A stretch of 64,000 bases of DNA from assembly GCA_003151795.1 (NCBI GenBank), contig PLYL01000008.1:3103-67102 (forward strand), given 5' to 3'. The notes beneath the pieces are model-generated. The model did no database searches. It had not been told where the DNA came from and saw only the letters and a program-made list of their open reading frames with translations. Positions within the stretch are counted from its first letter, which is position 1. Every line of letters starts with the position of its first letter. This DNA is from Candidatus Yanofskybacteria bacterium (GTDB lineage: Bacteria > Patescibacteriota > Minisyncoccia > 2-02-FULL-40-12 > GWA2-44-9). Both the position numbers and the translations under genes were made by a program. Shown here in pieces: positions 53,639-62,856 of this stretch.

Positions 53639-55059
53639 TGAAAAATGCTTCTGGACATGTTAGTATTTATATTGTGAAAAAAGCCGACCTATTCTTCAAT
53701 GTCATCCGTCTGCCCGTTGATTTCGGGATGCTCATGTTAGCCGGGCTGACCGCCTATATTCTCCGCACTCAAGTCTTGGCGAGTCTTCGGCCCGTTTATT
53801 TTCAGCTAAACTTGCCGTTAATCTCGTACCTTTCCCTCGTGGCAGTGGTGGCTTTAGTGTTTCTTGGCGCCTACGCAATTTCCGGATTATATTCCATGAA
53901 AATCCGCATCGGCAAGGCCGAGGAACTTCTCAAAGTTATTGTCGCGTCTTCGGCCGGCCTTATGCTCGTTATCGTTTTCATATTCTTGCAGCAAGCTCTA
54001 TTTAATTCTCGTTTTCTCGTTCTCGGCGCATGGATTCTCGCGATGTTATTTGTTTCCGTTGGCCGGCTCTTGGTGCGCTATTTCCAGTATATCGCGATAA
54101 CTCGCTATGACTTCGGTATTCAGCGGGCGGTCTTGATTGGCGGCGATGAACTCGCGAAAGGATTGAAAACTCAACTCGAACAGAACCCATCTTCCGGCTA
54201 TCGGATTATCGCGCACTGGGACAAGCCTCAACTGGAAACACTTGCCCAGTTGGGCGATACGGTGGACGAAGTTTTACTGGTCACACCTCATTACGCCGAC
54301 GAACAGATCATTGATTTGGTAGACTTCTGCCACGAACATCATATCGTGTTTAAGTTCGTCCCGAATTTATACAAAACGCTTACTAAACATCTTGATGTCG
54401 ACACGATTGGCACGGTGCCGGTGATTGAGCTCAAACGTACCCCACTGGATGGCTGGGGCAAAGTATTTAAACGCACTCTTGATATTATTGGTGCCAGCCT
54501 AGGGCTTATTATTTTGTCTCCGGTATTTTTAATAATTGCTATCGCGGTGAAGTTAAATACTAAAGGGCCAGTATTTGTGTCGCTTGAACGGGTGAGTAAA
54601 AATAGAAAATTTGATTTGTATAAATTCCGTTCAATGATAGACCACGCCCATGATTTAAATCACGAATTACGTTCTAAATACAACGATCGCCCGAATGCTG
54701 GTCCGTTGTGGAAAATGCGCGATGATCCACGCGTGACTGCTATCGGAAAATTTATTCGAAAAACAAGATTAGATGAATTGCCCCAGCTCTGGAATGTTTT
54801 GAAGGGCGATATAAGTCTCGTCGGTCCGCGTCCGCATCAGCCTGATGAGATTGCTCGATACCAAAAACATCACAAAAAAGTCCTCGCCATCAAAGCCGGC
54901 GCGACGGGCCTGGCCCAGGTTTCCGGCAGTTCCGACTTGCCGTTTGACGAAGAAGTTACGCTCGATAGTTTCTATATTGAAAATTGGTCGATGGGCATGG
55001 ACTTCAAAATTATCTTCCGAACCGTCTTTAAGATGTTGCACGACCACTCGGCAGTCTAA
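53638..55059 (+). CDS. polyprenyl-phosphate sugar phosphotransferase (WbaP/CpsE-type 'bacterial sugar transferase')
   Basis: C-terminal domain [28 protein letters not shown]…GP…; TTG 53638 or ATG 53728 start. Confidence 0.8.
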   Translation: MKNASGHVSIYIVKKADLFFNVIRLPVDFGMLMLAGLTAYILRTQVLASLRPVYFQLNLPLISYLSLVAVVALVFLGAYAISGLYSMKIRIGKAEELLKVIVASSAGLMLVIVFIFLQQALFNSRFLVLGAWILAMLFVSVGRLLVRYFQYIAITRYDFGIQRAVLIGGDELAKGLKTQLEQNPSSGYRIIAHWDKPQLETLAQLGDTVDEVLLVTPHYADEQIIDLVDFCHEHHIVFKFVPNLYKTLTKHLDVDTIGTVPVIELKRTPLDGWGKVFKRTLDIIGASLGLIILSPVFLIIAIAVKLNTKGPVFVSLERVSKNRKFDLYKFRSMIDHAHDLNHELRSKYNDRPNAGPLWKMRDDPRVTAIGKFIRKTRLDELPQLWNVLKGDISLVGPRPHQPDEIARYQKHHKKVLAIKAGATGLAQVSGSSDLPFDEEVTLDSFYIENWSMGMDFKIIFRTVFKMLHDHSAV

Positions 55060-55063
55060 CCTA

Positions 55064-55174
55064 GAAGCAAGAATATAGAGTTAAGAATTAAGCGGGATTG
55101 AATGCTGAGCTATAAATTGGTAGCTTTGTTTCGTGCTTGATCTTAATTCTTGATTCGTAATTCCTACTTCTTCC
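55064..55174. repeat. intergenic inverted-repeat element of AAGAATTA family (arms 55064-55096 and 55132-55174)
   Basis: gaagcaagaatatagagttaagaattaagcggg … cgtgcttgatcttaattcttgattcgtaattcctacttcttcc. Confidence 0.6.
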
Positions 55175-55176
55175 TT

Positions 55177-56256
55177 ATGCACATCGCTTTTGTCCATGAA
55201 TATCTCAATCAGTTCGGCGGGGCCGAGCGGATGCTGGCCGTGCTCGCGGAGATGTTTCCGACAGCGCCGATTTATACGTTGCTTTATGATGAAAAGGCGA
55301 CCCGCGGATTATTTAAAGGCCGAGCCGTCAAAACTTCATTCCTTCAGAAATTTCCAGGGGCGGTAGCTCATCACGAATGGTATCCGTTGCTGATGCCTCT
55401 CGCGATTGAGCAATTTGATTTCTCCGCCTACGATGTCGTCATCTCGGTTTCGGCCTCATTCGCGAAAGGCATTATCACCAAACCGGCCGCTCGGCACATT
55501 TGCTACTGTCTCACGCCGCCGAGATTTCTTTGGGACAATAGTCAGAAGTTTGGCAAGGACTTTGGCTTTCCGCCCGTGATTCGATTCGCCAGCCAGCCGC
55601 TGATTTCGTATCTGCGGATGTGGGATCACTCGGCGGCCGATCGCGTCGATGAGTTCTGGCGGATATCTGATTTTGTGGGCAAGCGAATTCAAAAATATTA
55701 TCATCAAGATTCCAAGCTCATCTATCCGCCCGTCGACACGACAGCCTTTCCCATGGCCGCCGAACCGCCCGAAGATTATTTTCTTATGGCCGGCCGGCTC
55801 GTTTCTTATAAAAAATTTGATGTCGCGATTAAGGCATTCAATGAACTGGGACTACCGTTAAAAATTGTCGGCACGGGCCCGGAGTTGGGGAATTTAAAAC
55901 GCCTGGCTAGTAAAAATATCGAATTTCTCGGCCAAGTGGATGACGCAGAATTGGCCCGCCGATACCAAGAAGCTCGCGCTCTGATATTCCCGCAAGAAGA
56001 AGACTTCGGAATCGTGCCGTTGGAAGCGATGGCCTCCGGCCGGCCCGTGATCGCCTATCGGGGCGGGGGAGCGGAAGAGACAATCATTGAAAATGAAACC
56101 GGGATATTTTTTGATACTCAAACTCCCGAAGCTATTATTGAGGCGGTCAAAAAATTTAGCGCTCAAAAATTTTCTTCAGCGACATGCCACGCTCAAGCGG
56201 AGCGATTCAGTACGTCTCGTTTCAAAGAGGAAATTAAAAAAGCCCTGAACCTATGA
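55177..56256 (+). CDS. GT4 glycosyltransferase
   Basis: EDFGIVPLEAMASGRPVIAYRGGGAEE; ATG 55177 downstream of repeat. Confidence 0.8.
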   Translation: MHIAFVHEYLNQFGGAERMLAVLAEMFPTAPIYTLLYDEKATRGLFKGRAVKTSFLQKFPGAVAHHEWYPLLMPLAIEQFDFSAYDVVISVSASFAKGIITKPAARHICYCLTPPRFLWDNSQKFGKDFGFPPVIRFASQPLISYLRMWDHSAADRVDEFWRISDFVGKRIQKYYHQDSKLIYPPVDTTAFPMAAEPPEDYFLMAGRLVSYKKFDVAIKAFNELGLPLKIVGTGPELGNLKRLASKNIEFLGQVDDAELARRYQEARALIFPQEEDFGIVPLEAMASGRPVIAYRGGGAEETIIENETGIFFDTQTPEAIIEAVKKFSAQKFSSATCHAQAERFSTSRFKEEIKKALNL

Positions 56257-57380
56257 TTATTGGCGTCGACATTCGTCCGATGTCAGGTTTAAAGACCGGC
56301 ATTCAGGAATATACCGAGCAAATTCTGGCTTATCTGATTCCGCTCGCGCCCGAGCACACATTTAAATTATTCTTTTCTTCTTTTCGCGGGAGAGCGCCCG
56401 ACCGGCCGTGGATGCACGCGCCAAATGTCCAGATTGTCCAATACCGGATTCCCAATAACTTCTTGTTTTTTATGGGGAGCATGTTTGGATATCCTTTCAT
56501 TGATGATTTGATTGGCGGTGCGGACGTATTTTTCTCGCCTCATTTTTTCCTCGCGCCGCTCTCAAAGGCGTGCCGGCGCGTAACAACGTTTCACGATCTT
56601 TCGTATCTTCGGTTTCCCGAATTTTTCACGTGGCGGAAACGCTGGTGGCACACGATTGAAATGGATCCCGCACGCCAAGCTAGATTTTCCAATCAAATTA
56701 TTGCCGTGTCGGAATCAACTAAGACCGACCTGGCCGATTGCTATCAGATTGATCCCGCTAATATTGCCGTCGTTCATTCGGGGACCGTCGCGGCCCGTCC
56801 GGAAAATGAGACGCTTCTTCAATTTAAAAAAACGCACAATCTTCCCGAGCGATTCATTTTGCATGTCGGCACTCTGGAACCCCGCAAAAATATTGTCGGA
56901 CTTATCCGAGCGTTTAATATTTTAAAAAACCAAGCGGGGCATGAAGATGTTGAACTCGTGCTCATTGGAAAAGAAGGCTGGCAATTTCAAAACATTTTTA
57001 AAGAAATTCAAAAGTCTCCTTTTAAGTCCCACATTCGCCGTCTGGGCCATATCGCCGGCGATTTAGCCCCGTATTACAGCTCGGCGGCCGTATACGTTTG
57101 TCCGTCTTTTTTTGAGGGTTTTGGCTTTCCGGTTCTGGAAGCGATGGCCTGCGGGACGCCGGCGATTGTCTCGGCCAATTCTTCCTTGCCGGAAGTGGCC
57201 GGCGATGCGGGCCTTTTCATAAATCCGTATGATATTTCCGAAATTGCCGAAGCTTTAAAGGCTGTTCTGTCTGAACCATTGATTCGCGCTCGAATGATTA
57301 AAAAGGGCCTCGTCCAAGCTGAAAAATTCGGATGGGACAGTGCGGCTCGACAAACACTCGATATTTTAATCCGGGAATAG
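56253..57380 (+). CDS. GT4 glycosyltransferase
   Basis: FFEGFGFPVLEAMACGTPAIVSANSSLPEV. Confidence 0.8.
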   Translation: MIIGVDIRPMSGLKTGIQEYTEQILAYLIPLAPEHTFKLFFSSFRGRAPDRPWMHAPNVQIVQYRIPNNFLFFMGSMFGYPFIDDLIGGADVFFSPHFFLAPLSKACRRVTTFHDLSYLRFPEFFTWRKRWWHTIEMDPARQARFSNQIIAVSESTKTDLADCYQIDPANIAVVHSGTVAARPENETLLQFKKTHNLPERFILHVGTLEPRKNIVGLIRAFNILKNQAGHEDVELVLIGKEGWQFQNIFKEIQKSPFKSHIRRLGHIAGDLAPYYSSAAVYVCPSFFEGFGFPVLEAMACGTPAIVSANSSLPEVAGDAGLFINPYDISEIAEALKAVLSEPLIRARMIKKGLVQAEKFGWDSAARQTLDILIRE

Positions 57381-57428
57381 GCGAACCATCCACAGGCCTC
57401 ACCGATACTTTAGGGGTATAATTAGGCC

Positions 57429-60005
57429 ATGCCAGGCAGTGAAAATGGCGGGCAAGCGATGTTTGACGTGAAGCCGGTGGATGAATCCGGCGCTCTTGAT
57501 GTTCAAAAAATCGACGCCGTTCAGCCGATAATCAACCTCGCCTCATTCAGGCCCAAGAAGCGCGCCGTGGCGCAGAAGCAAGAAGCAAGAATTAAGAATC
57601 AAGAGGAAAAAATTACCTCGCTAGTTACGCCGTCCGAAGAAATGTTGCCGCCGGTGATTGGTTTGCCGTCTCGCCAGGATATCAAAGAGCAGTTCGAGGA
57701 ACTCATGAATCATGACCTCGATCTGGGTATCGAGCTGGCGCAAATAAATATTATTAACCCACCCAAATTTTCCGGAGAAAAACTTAGGCGGGCAAGGCCT
57801 CGCTATCAAATTATTCAAAGCCGTTCGTCGAGAGTCCCCGCGCCTGAAGATGACCTATACGCGCCGCTCATCGCCGCTATCCATCAATCGGCCAAAACCA
57901 TTTCTCATGAAGAATATATCAGTCCGGAAATTCTCGCCGAGCTCGATGCAACCCTGATACCCAACGAGCTTTCTCAATCGGCCGAGACGGATGTGCGATC
58001 GCTCTTTGCTGGACCATCGATTCAGCTCATCGCTAAAAAGAAATCTTTTCCGAAGGCGTCTCGTATTCGCAAATGGCCTAAATTTAAAATTCCTCGAGCC
58101 TATGTTTTTATCGCTATTGCTGCGGCCATTGCGCTGGCGCTTATCATTCTTTATGGCTTTCACGTGAAGCGCCAGATTGTGCAACAGAGCTCGGCCGCCG
58201 TGGCCAATCTCCAGACCGCTCAAGGCGATTTAAAAGCGCTTGATTTTAAAAACGCTTCCCAAGATTTCTTTTCGGCCTACGCTGATTTTTCTCAAGCCGG
58301 CAATAGTTTGAATGTCTTCGGCGCGGGCATTACCGACATTCTTTCAGCTCTGCCGGGCGGGAGTACGCTCAAGTCCGCCAAGAATTTGGTCCAAGTCGGC
58401 CAGTTGCTTTCGGCCGCTGGCACATCAATGACGACGGCGCTTGATGCGGTTGCCAAGACCGGCGCAATTAGCGACCCCACTAATCCCCAGGTGCCAATCG
58501 GGCCGATTGTCAGCGCTTTGAAGAAGGCGCTTTTAGCTTCTCAACAGCAAGTGGCCCAAGCGAGCACGCTCATGGCTGATATTGATAGCAGTATCATTCC
58601 TATCGACAAGCAGGCCGGCTTTGATGATTTGAAAGCCAAACTGCCAGAGTTGGAAGCGGGCGTGAATATGAGCGCCGACTATGCCAAGTTTTTTGAAAAT
58701 TTAATCAATAACGGTAACGCCAAATATCTTGTGATGTTCCAGAACGGTTCCGAACTTCGGCCCACGGGCGGGTTTCCGGGGACGTATGGCGTGGTCTCGT
58801 TTACTGATGGCAAGATGGACAGCCTGTTTGTTGATGATGTCTATAATCTCGACGGCCAGCTCAAAGAAAACATTATCCCTCCGCTTCAGCTTCAGCACAT
58901 TACGCCCAATTGGGGGATGCGCGATTCCAATTGGTATGTCGATTTTCCAACGTCGGCCCGTAACATTCAAGCCTTTTATAAAAAAGAATCTGGCCAAAGC
59001 GTGGATGGCGTAATCATCATCAATCCCGAAATGATTGCGAAGATTCTCGATATTGTCGGGCCGATTGATATGCCCCAATACCACCTCACCCTCACGGCTG
59101 ATAATGTCCTCACGACCATCCAAAGCCAAGTCGAGTATGGCACGAATCGGGTCCAGCCTAAACAAATCGTCAAAGATTTCGCGCCGTTACTGCTGGCAAA
59201 AATATACTCCGCTGGTTCAGATAAATGGCTTCAAATTTTCAACACGCTTATCTTAAGCATGAATCAGCGCGATGTCTTGATGTCTTTTAATAACTTATCT
59301 CTCGAAAGCTTCGTGACTGACAAAGGCTTCGGGGGCCAAGTCCAGGAGGCGAAAGGCCAGGACTATCTGATGCCCGTCATCACTAACATCAAAGGTTCTA
59401 AAACCGACGCTGTCACGGATACGTCATTCGCAATCGATACGACATTTGACGGTACAACCGCTGTCCACACGCTCACCATTACCCGCCAACATAACGGCGG
59501 CGGGGAGAAGTTTGGATTCTATAATAAACAAAATCCGGCCTATGTCCGCGTCCTCGTGCCTGATGGTGCAGAACTGGTTTCCGTGACTGGCAATGACCAG
59601 CCGAACTTCGCTCCGATTATCAACTACGCGAAAGATAAGAGTTTTGTTCGTGATGACGAATTGAATGTTTTCGAGACAAGCGGGACGACCGACAATGCGA
59701 CTGACGTCGTAACCTATCGCGAATCCGGCAAAACCGAATTCGGCTTCTGGCTCATCACCGATCCCGGAAAATCAAAGACCGTCACGGTCACTTATCGCGT
59801 CCCGAATGCCTTGACTGATAAGGCCTACCAACTCTACATCCAGAAACAGCCCGCTCTCGTGGTAAAGAATTTCTCATTCTCGATGCAAAAACCTGACGGT
59901 CTCATGCCCGACGCTTCGGCTCCGGTCCTGACTACTGATGGTTCGTCATACGACTACTCGGCACCGCTCACCGAAGACCTTGCCGTCAAGGTTAATTTCA
60001 AGTAA
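57429..60005 (+). CDS. DUF4012-family membrane-anchored extracytoplasmic protein
   Basis: single N-terminal TM (AYVFIAIAAAIALALIILYGF); YLVMFQNGSELRPTGGFPGTYGVV DUF4012-like core. Confidence 0.6.
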   Translation: MPGSENGGQAMFDVKPVDESGALDVQKIDAVQPIINLASFRPKKRAVAQKQEARIKNQEEKITSLVTPSEEMLPPVIGLPSRQDIKEQFEELMNHDLDLGIELAQINIINPPKFSGEKLRRARPRYQIIQSRSSRVPAPEDDLYAPLIAAIHQSAKTISHEEYISPEILAELDATLIPNELSQSAETDVRSLFAGPSIQLIAKKKSFPKASRIRKWPKFKIPRAYVFIAIAAAIALALIILYGFHVKRQIVQQSSAAVANLQTAQGDLKALDFKNASQDFFSAYADFSQAGNSLNVFGAGITDILSALPGGSTLKSAKNLVQVGQLLSAAGTSMTTALDAVAKTGAISDPTNPQVPIGPIVSALKKALLASQQQVAQASTLMADIDSSIIPIDKQAGFDDLKAKLPELEAGVNMSADYAKFFENLINNGNAKYLVMFQNGSELRPTGGFPGTYGVVSFTDGKMDSLFVDDVYNLDGQLKENIIPPLQLQHITPNWGMRDSNWYVDFPTSARNIQAFYKKESGQSVDGVIIINPEMIAKILDIVGPIDMPQYHLTLTADNVLTTIQSQVEYGTNRVQPKQIVKDFAPLLLAKIYSAGSDKWLQIFNTLILSMNQRDVLMSFNNLSLESFVTDKGFGGQVQEAKGQDYLMPVITNIKGSKTDAVTDTSFAIDTTFDGTTAVHTLTITRQHNGGGEKFGFYNKQNPAYVRVLVPDGAELVSVTGNDQPNFAPIINYAKDKSFVRDDELNVFETSGTTDNATDVVTYRESGKTEFGFWLITDPGKSKTVTVTYRVPNALTDKAYQLYIQKQPALVVKNFSFSMQKPDGLMPDASAPVLTTDGSSYDYSAPLTEDLAVKVNFK
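57575..57606 (+). repeat. in-frame dispersed-repeat copy (encodes QEARIKNQEE)
   Basis: gaagcaagaagcaagaattaagaatcaagagg. Confidence 0.45.
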
Positions 60006-60023
60006 CATCTTATCGAGGTTGTT

Positions 60024-60359
60024 ATGGATGAAGAAGTCCCTGAGGAAGTTCTTCGACAGAAGCCTGAAGAGCCCCTGGAACACGTTGGCTATTTCTCCGA
60101 ACGGATTGTTTGGACTGACGGCGACCTGGAGCGAATACTCGCGTTCGGGTGGCTGGAGATGAATCGGCGGTACCGTGGTGATTGTTTCCTCGATCTTCTT
60201 CTCAACAACGAGGGCCACGACGAATCTCAAGAAACGACTCAGCGTGATGCGCGAGTGGCCGCCACGGTTGTTCAGTGGTTCGGTTCGAACTGCGGTTTCG
60301 GCTTTATGGTGGACTGTCTCCGTAAAGCTGGTTACCAAGTTTCCGAACAGCCGAAGTAA
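60024..60359 (+). CDS. hypothetical acidic protein (GC-rich)
   Basis: 111-aa ORF followed by strong terminator. Confidence 0.4.
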   Translation: MDEEVPEEVLRQKPEEPLEHVGYFSERIVWTDGDLERILAFGWLEMNRRYRGDCFLDLLLNNEGHDESQETTQRDARVAATVVQWFGSNCGFGFMVDCLRKAGYQVSEQPK

Positions 60360-60364
60360 AAACT

Positions 60365-60398
60365 AACGACCGGCCAAGCCCGGTCGTTACCTTTTTTA
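60365..60398 (+). terminator. rho-independent terminator
   Basis: aacgaccgg/ccggtcgtt + accttttttat. Confidence 0.75.
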
Positions 60399-60420
60399 TC
60401 CCCATAAGATACACTTTATA

Positions 60421-60531
60421 TAATGCTTAAATCTCGGATATTGCGGGCGAGTGTGATTATTGGGACGTTTAGTTTTGGGGTGGCGGCGGTGGGGCAGAAA
60501 CTAGTGCCGACTATTCAGTCAACAATGTTTT
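60421..60531 (+). pseudogene. truncated duplicate of murJ 5' end (36-codon ORF MLKSRILRASVIIGTFSF…)
   Basis: first ~60 nt ~85% identical to murJ start at 61196 (MFKSKILRASVIIGGFSF…). Confidence 0.55.
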
Positions 60532-60612
60532 AATAATTTTTATCATTAGAGGCAGTATGTTCCAAAATGGAACTAACTGAATTTTTGTCCAACCCTTTTG
60601 AATCAGACAGGA

Positions 60613-60655
60613 ACTTCATTAGTAATGTGCATTTTTTGCACATTACTAATGAAGT
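60613..60655. promoter_or_regulatory. perfect palindrome: 19-bp arms acttcattagtaatgtgca / tgcacattactaatgaagt, 5-nt ttttt spacer; candidate operator upstream of mazF-like gene
   Basis: read directly; 17 bp upstream of ORF start 60672. Confidence 0.55.
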
Positions 60656-60671
60656 TATTTGAAAATCATGA

Positions 60672-61100
60672 ATGACTGTTTTAGTTTTTCAAAAATTGTG
60701 GTTTAATTTTTCTATGTCTAAAGATTTCAAGGCATGGCATGATAAAAAGGCGGATATTGATGAGATAGTGAAAAGACTGTTTTTCCATGAGCGAGAGATT
60801 TGGTATTGCCATCTAGGGCTTAACATTGGATTTGAACAAGACGGAAGAGGGGAAGATTTCTTAAGACCAATAATAGTGCTAAGAAAATTTAATAAAGAGG
60901 TACTCTGGATTGTCCCACTTACACATACCAAGAAAAATAGTAGATATTATTACTCTTTTAATTTTGTTGGTGCTACAAGTACAGCCATACTTTCACAGCT
61001 TAAACTTATTGATAGTCGCCGTTTGTCTTATAAAATAGGAGAAATTGATAGTGAAAGCTTTTTAAGTCTAAAACAAAAACTCAAGGTGATTTTGCCTTGA
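60672..61100 (+). CDS. MazF/PemK-like endoribonuclease toxin (solitary; no antitoxin ORF recognised)
   Basis: …EIWYCHLGLNIGFEQDGRGEDFLRPIIVLRKFNKEVLWIVPLTHTKK… and C-terminal …QLKLIDSRRLSYKIGEI… PemK-like pattern; AT-rich. Confidence 0.5.
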   Translation: MTVLVFQKLWFNFSMSKDFKAWHDKKADIDEIVKRLFFHEREIWYCHLGLNIGFEQDGRGEDFLRPIIVLRKFNKEVLWIVPLTHTKKNSRYYYSFNFVGATSTAILSQLKLIDSRRLSYKIGEIDSESFLSLKQKLKVILP

Positions 61101-61113
61101 GTTTTTGTTTTTT
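61076..61113 (+). terminator. rho-independent terminator
   Basis: aaaactcaagg/ccttgagtttt + tgtttttt. Confidence 0.7.
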
Positions 61114-61195
61114 ACCTCTGTCTTTCGACAGAGTCGAGCCGAAGCCATTTGTAGCTACATCCTATCAAATAACTTATTAACTGTCAAATCAATCA

Positions 61196-62533
61196 ATGTT
61201 CAAGTCTAAGATATTGCGGGCGAGTGTGATTATTGGGGGATTTAGTTTTGTGGCTGATCTCGTTGCGTTGTTGAGAGACAGAATACTCACGTCGCATTTT
61301 GGAGCCACAAGGATGCTGGATATTTATTACAGCGCGTTCAAACTGCCGGATTTAGTTTTTAATTTGTTAGTGCTAGGGGCGGTATCCTCGGCGTTTATTC
61401 CGGTGTTCGTCGGGGAGTACAAAAAAGACGAGAAGAATGCGTGGCGCGTGGCGCAGAATTTTACCAGCATTGTTTTCGCGATGGTGCTTGTGTTCGCGGG
61501 CGTGCTGTGGATATTCGCGGGCTCGGTGGTTACGCTGATTGCGCCGGGGTTTATCGGCGCGGATAGACAGCTGGCGATTTCACTCACGCGAATAATGCTT
61601 TTGTCGCCAGTATTATTTTCGTTAAGTACGATTTGCGGTTCGATCTTGCAATCGCTCCAGCGATTCTGGGCCTATGCTATCGCGCCGGTGTTGTATAACG
61701 CGGGCATTATCGCGGGCGCGGTGTATTTCGTACCGTTGATGCGAGCCCATGGCTATCCTGAAGTCTATGGTTTGGGCTGGGGCGTGGTCTTGGGCGCTTT
61801 CGCGCATTTTGTATTGCAGTTTATCGCCGCGCGGATGGCCGGATTTAAATTTAAAGCGGTCTTTGATTTCGGCGATAAGAATTTCAGAAAGATATTTCGA
61901 TTGATGATTCCGCGTACCATCGGTCTGGGCGCGTACAGCATTGATTCGGCAGTGGTGAACGCGTTCGCCTCGACGATGACGGCCGGGAGCATCGCCGTTT
62001 TGAACGTCGCCAATAATTTGCAGTTCGTGCCGATTTCGGTGGTAGGCGTGGCCGTGGCCACGGCCGTGTTTCCGAAACTATCGGGCCACGGGTCGGATAA
62101 TGAGATGAAAGAATTTAAGCAAAAATTATATTCGGCTCTCCGAAACACCGCTTTCATTGTTACGCCCCTCGCGATTGCGGGAATATTCTTATCCCACTGG
62201 GCGATTAATTTTTTGTTCGGCGCCGGTTTATTCCATAGCGCCAGCGTGGGGCTCACGGCCTCGGTCCTGGCGATCTTTATGTTCGGGATTCCGGCCCAGA
62301 GCCTGATCCCGATTCTTTCCCGAGCCTTCTACGCTTTGCACAATACCAAGGCCCCTGTGCTTATTTCCATTTTTTCGATTATAATTAACTTAAGTCTGGC
62401 GTGGTTCTTTGGCGTCGTCCACGGCGGAGGCGTGAAGGGCCTGGCGATCGCGTTTGCTATCGCGGGGAATGTCAATTTCCTTCTGCTGTGGATATCTTTT
62501 ACAAGATTCTTTAAACGTGGTATAACAAGATAG
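61196..62533 (+). CDS. murJ: lipid II flippase MurJ/MviN
   Basis: 12+ TM ORF with MurJ N-terminal pattern. Confidence 0.85.
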   Translation: MFKSKILRASVIIGGFSFVADLVALLRDRILTSHFGATRMLDIYYSAFKLPDLVFNLLVLGAVSSAFIPVFVGEYKKDEKNAWRVAQNFTSIVFAMVLVFAGVLWIFAGSVVTLIAPGFIGADRQLAISLTRIMLLSPVLFSLSTICGSILQSLQRFWAYAIAPVLYNAGIIAGAVYFVPLMRAHGYPEVYGLGWGVVLGAFAHFVLQFIAARMAGFKFKAVFDFGDKNFRKIFRLMIPRTIGLGAYSIDSAVVNAFASTMTAGSIAVLNVANNLQFVPISVVGVAVATAVFPKLSGHGSDNEMKEFKQKLYSALRNTAFIVTPLAIAGIFLSHWAINFLFGAGLFHSASVGLTASVLAIFMFGIPAQSLIPILSRAFYALHNTKAPVLISIFSIIINLSLAWFFGVVHGGGVKGLAIAFAIAGNVNFLLLWISFTRFFKRGITR

Positions 62534-62553
62534 TACCCTAAACAGGAGAACCT

Positions 62554-62814
62554 ATGTCATTTGAACGACGATTCAGTAAGGTGGTGGCGAAAGAAAAGAA
62601 GAAAGAATTCTTCGGTCCGGACGGACATTTCACCAGTTTCGGTATTGAAGAATGGCTCTATGGCGATGTCAGCTACAGGAGTCAGCGTAAGAATCATCGA
62701 CCAGGCAAAGAACATCTAGCGATGTGTAAGACCTGCTCGGGTTTTATTCAACAGCGCCGTCTCACGGATCCAGGGGACAAGAGTCACGCCGTTCCTGTGG
62801 GAGATAGGGACTAA
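62554..62814 (+). CDS. hypothetical protein (GC-rich)
   Basis: 86-aa ORF with aggagaacc SD-like. Confidence 0.35.
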   Translation: MSFERRFSKVVAKEKKKEFFGPDGHFTSFGIEEWLYGDVSYRSQRKNHRPGKEHLAMCKTCSGFIQQRRLTDPGDKSHAVPVGDRD

Positions 62815-62856
62815 GGGCCTCGCCGACGCGGGGCTCTCTCAATTTTTAACTTAACC

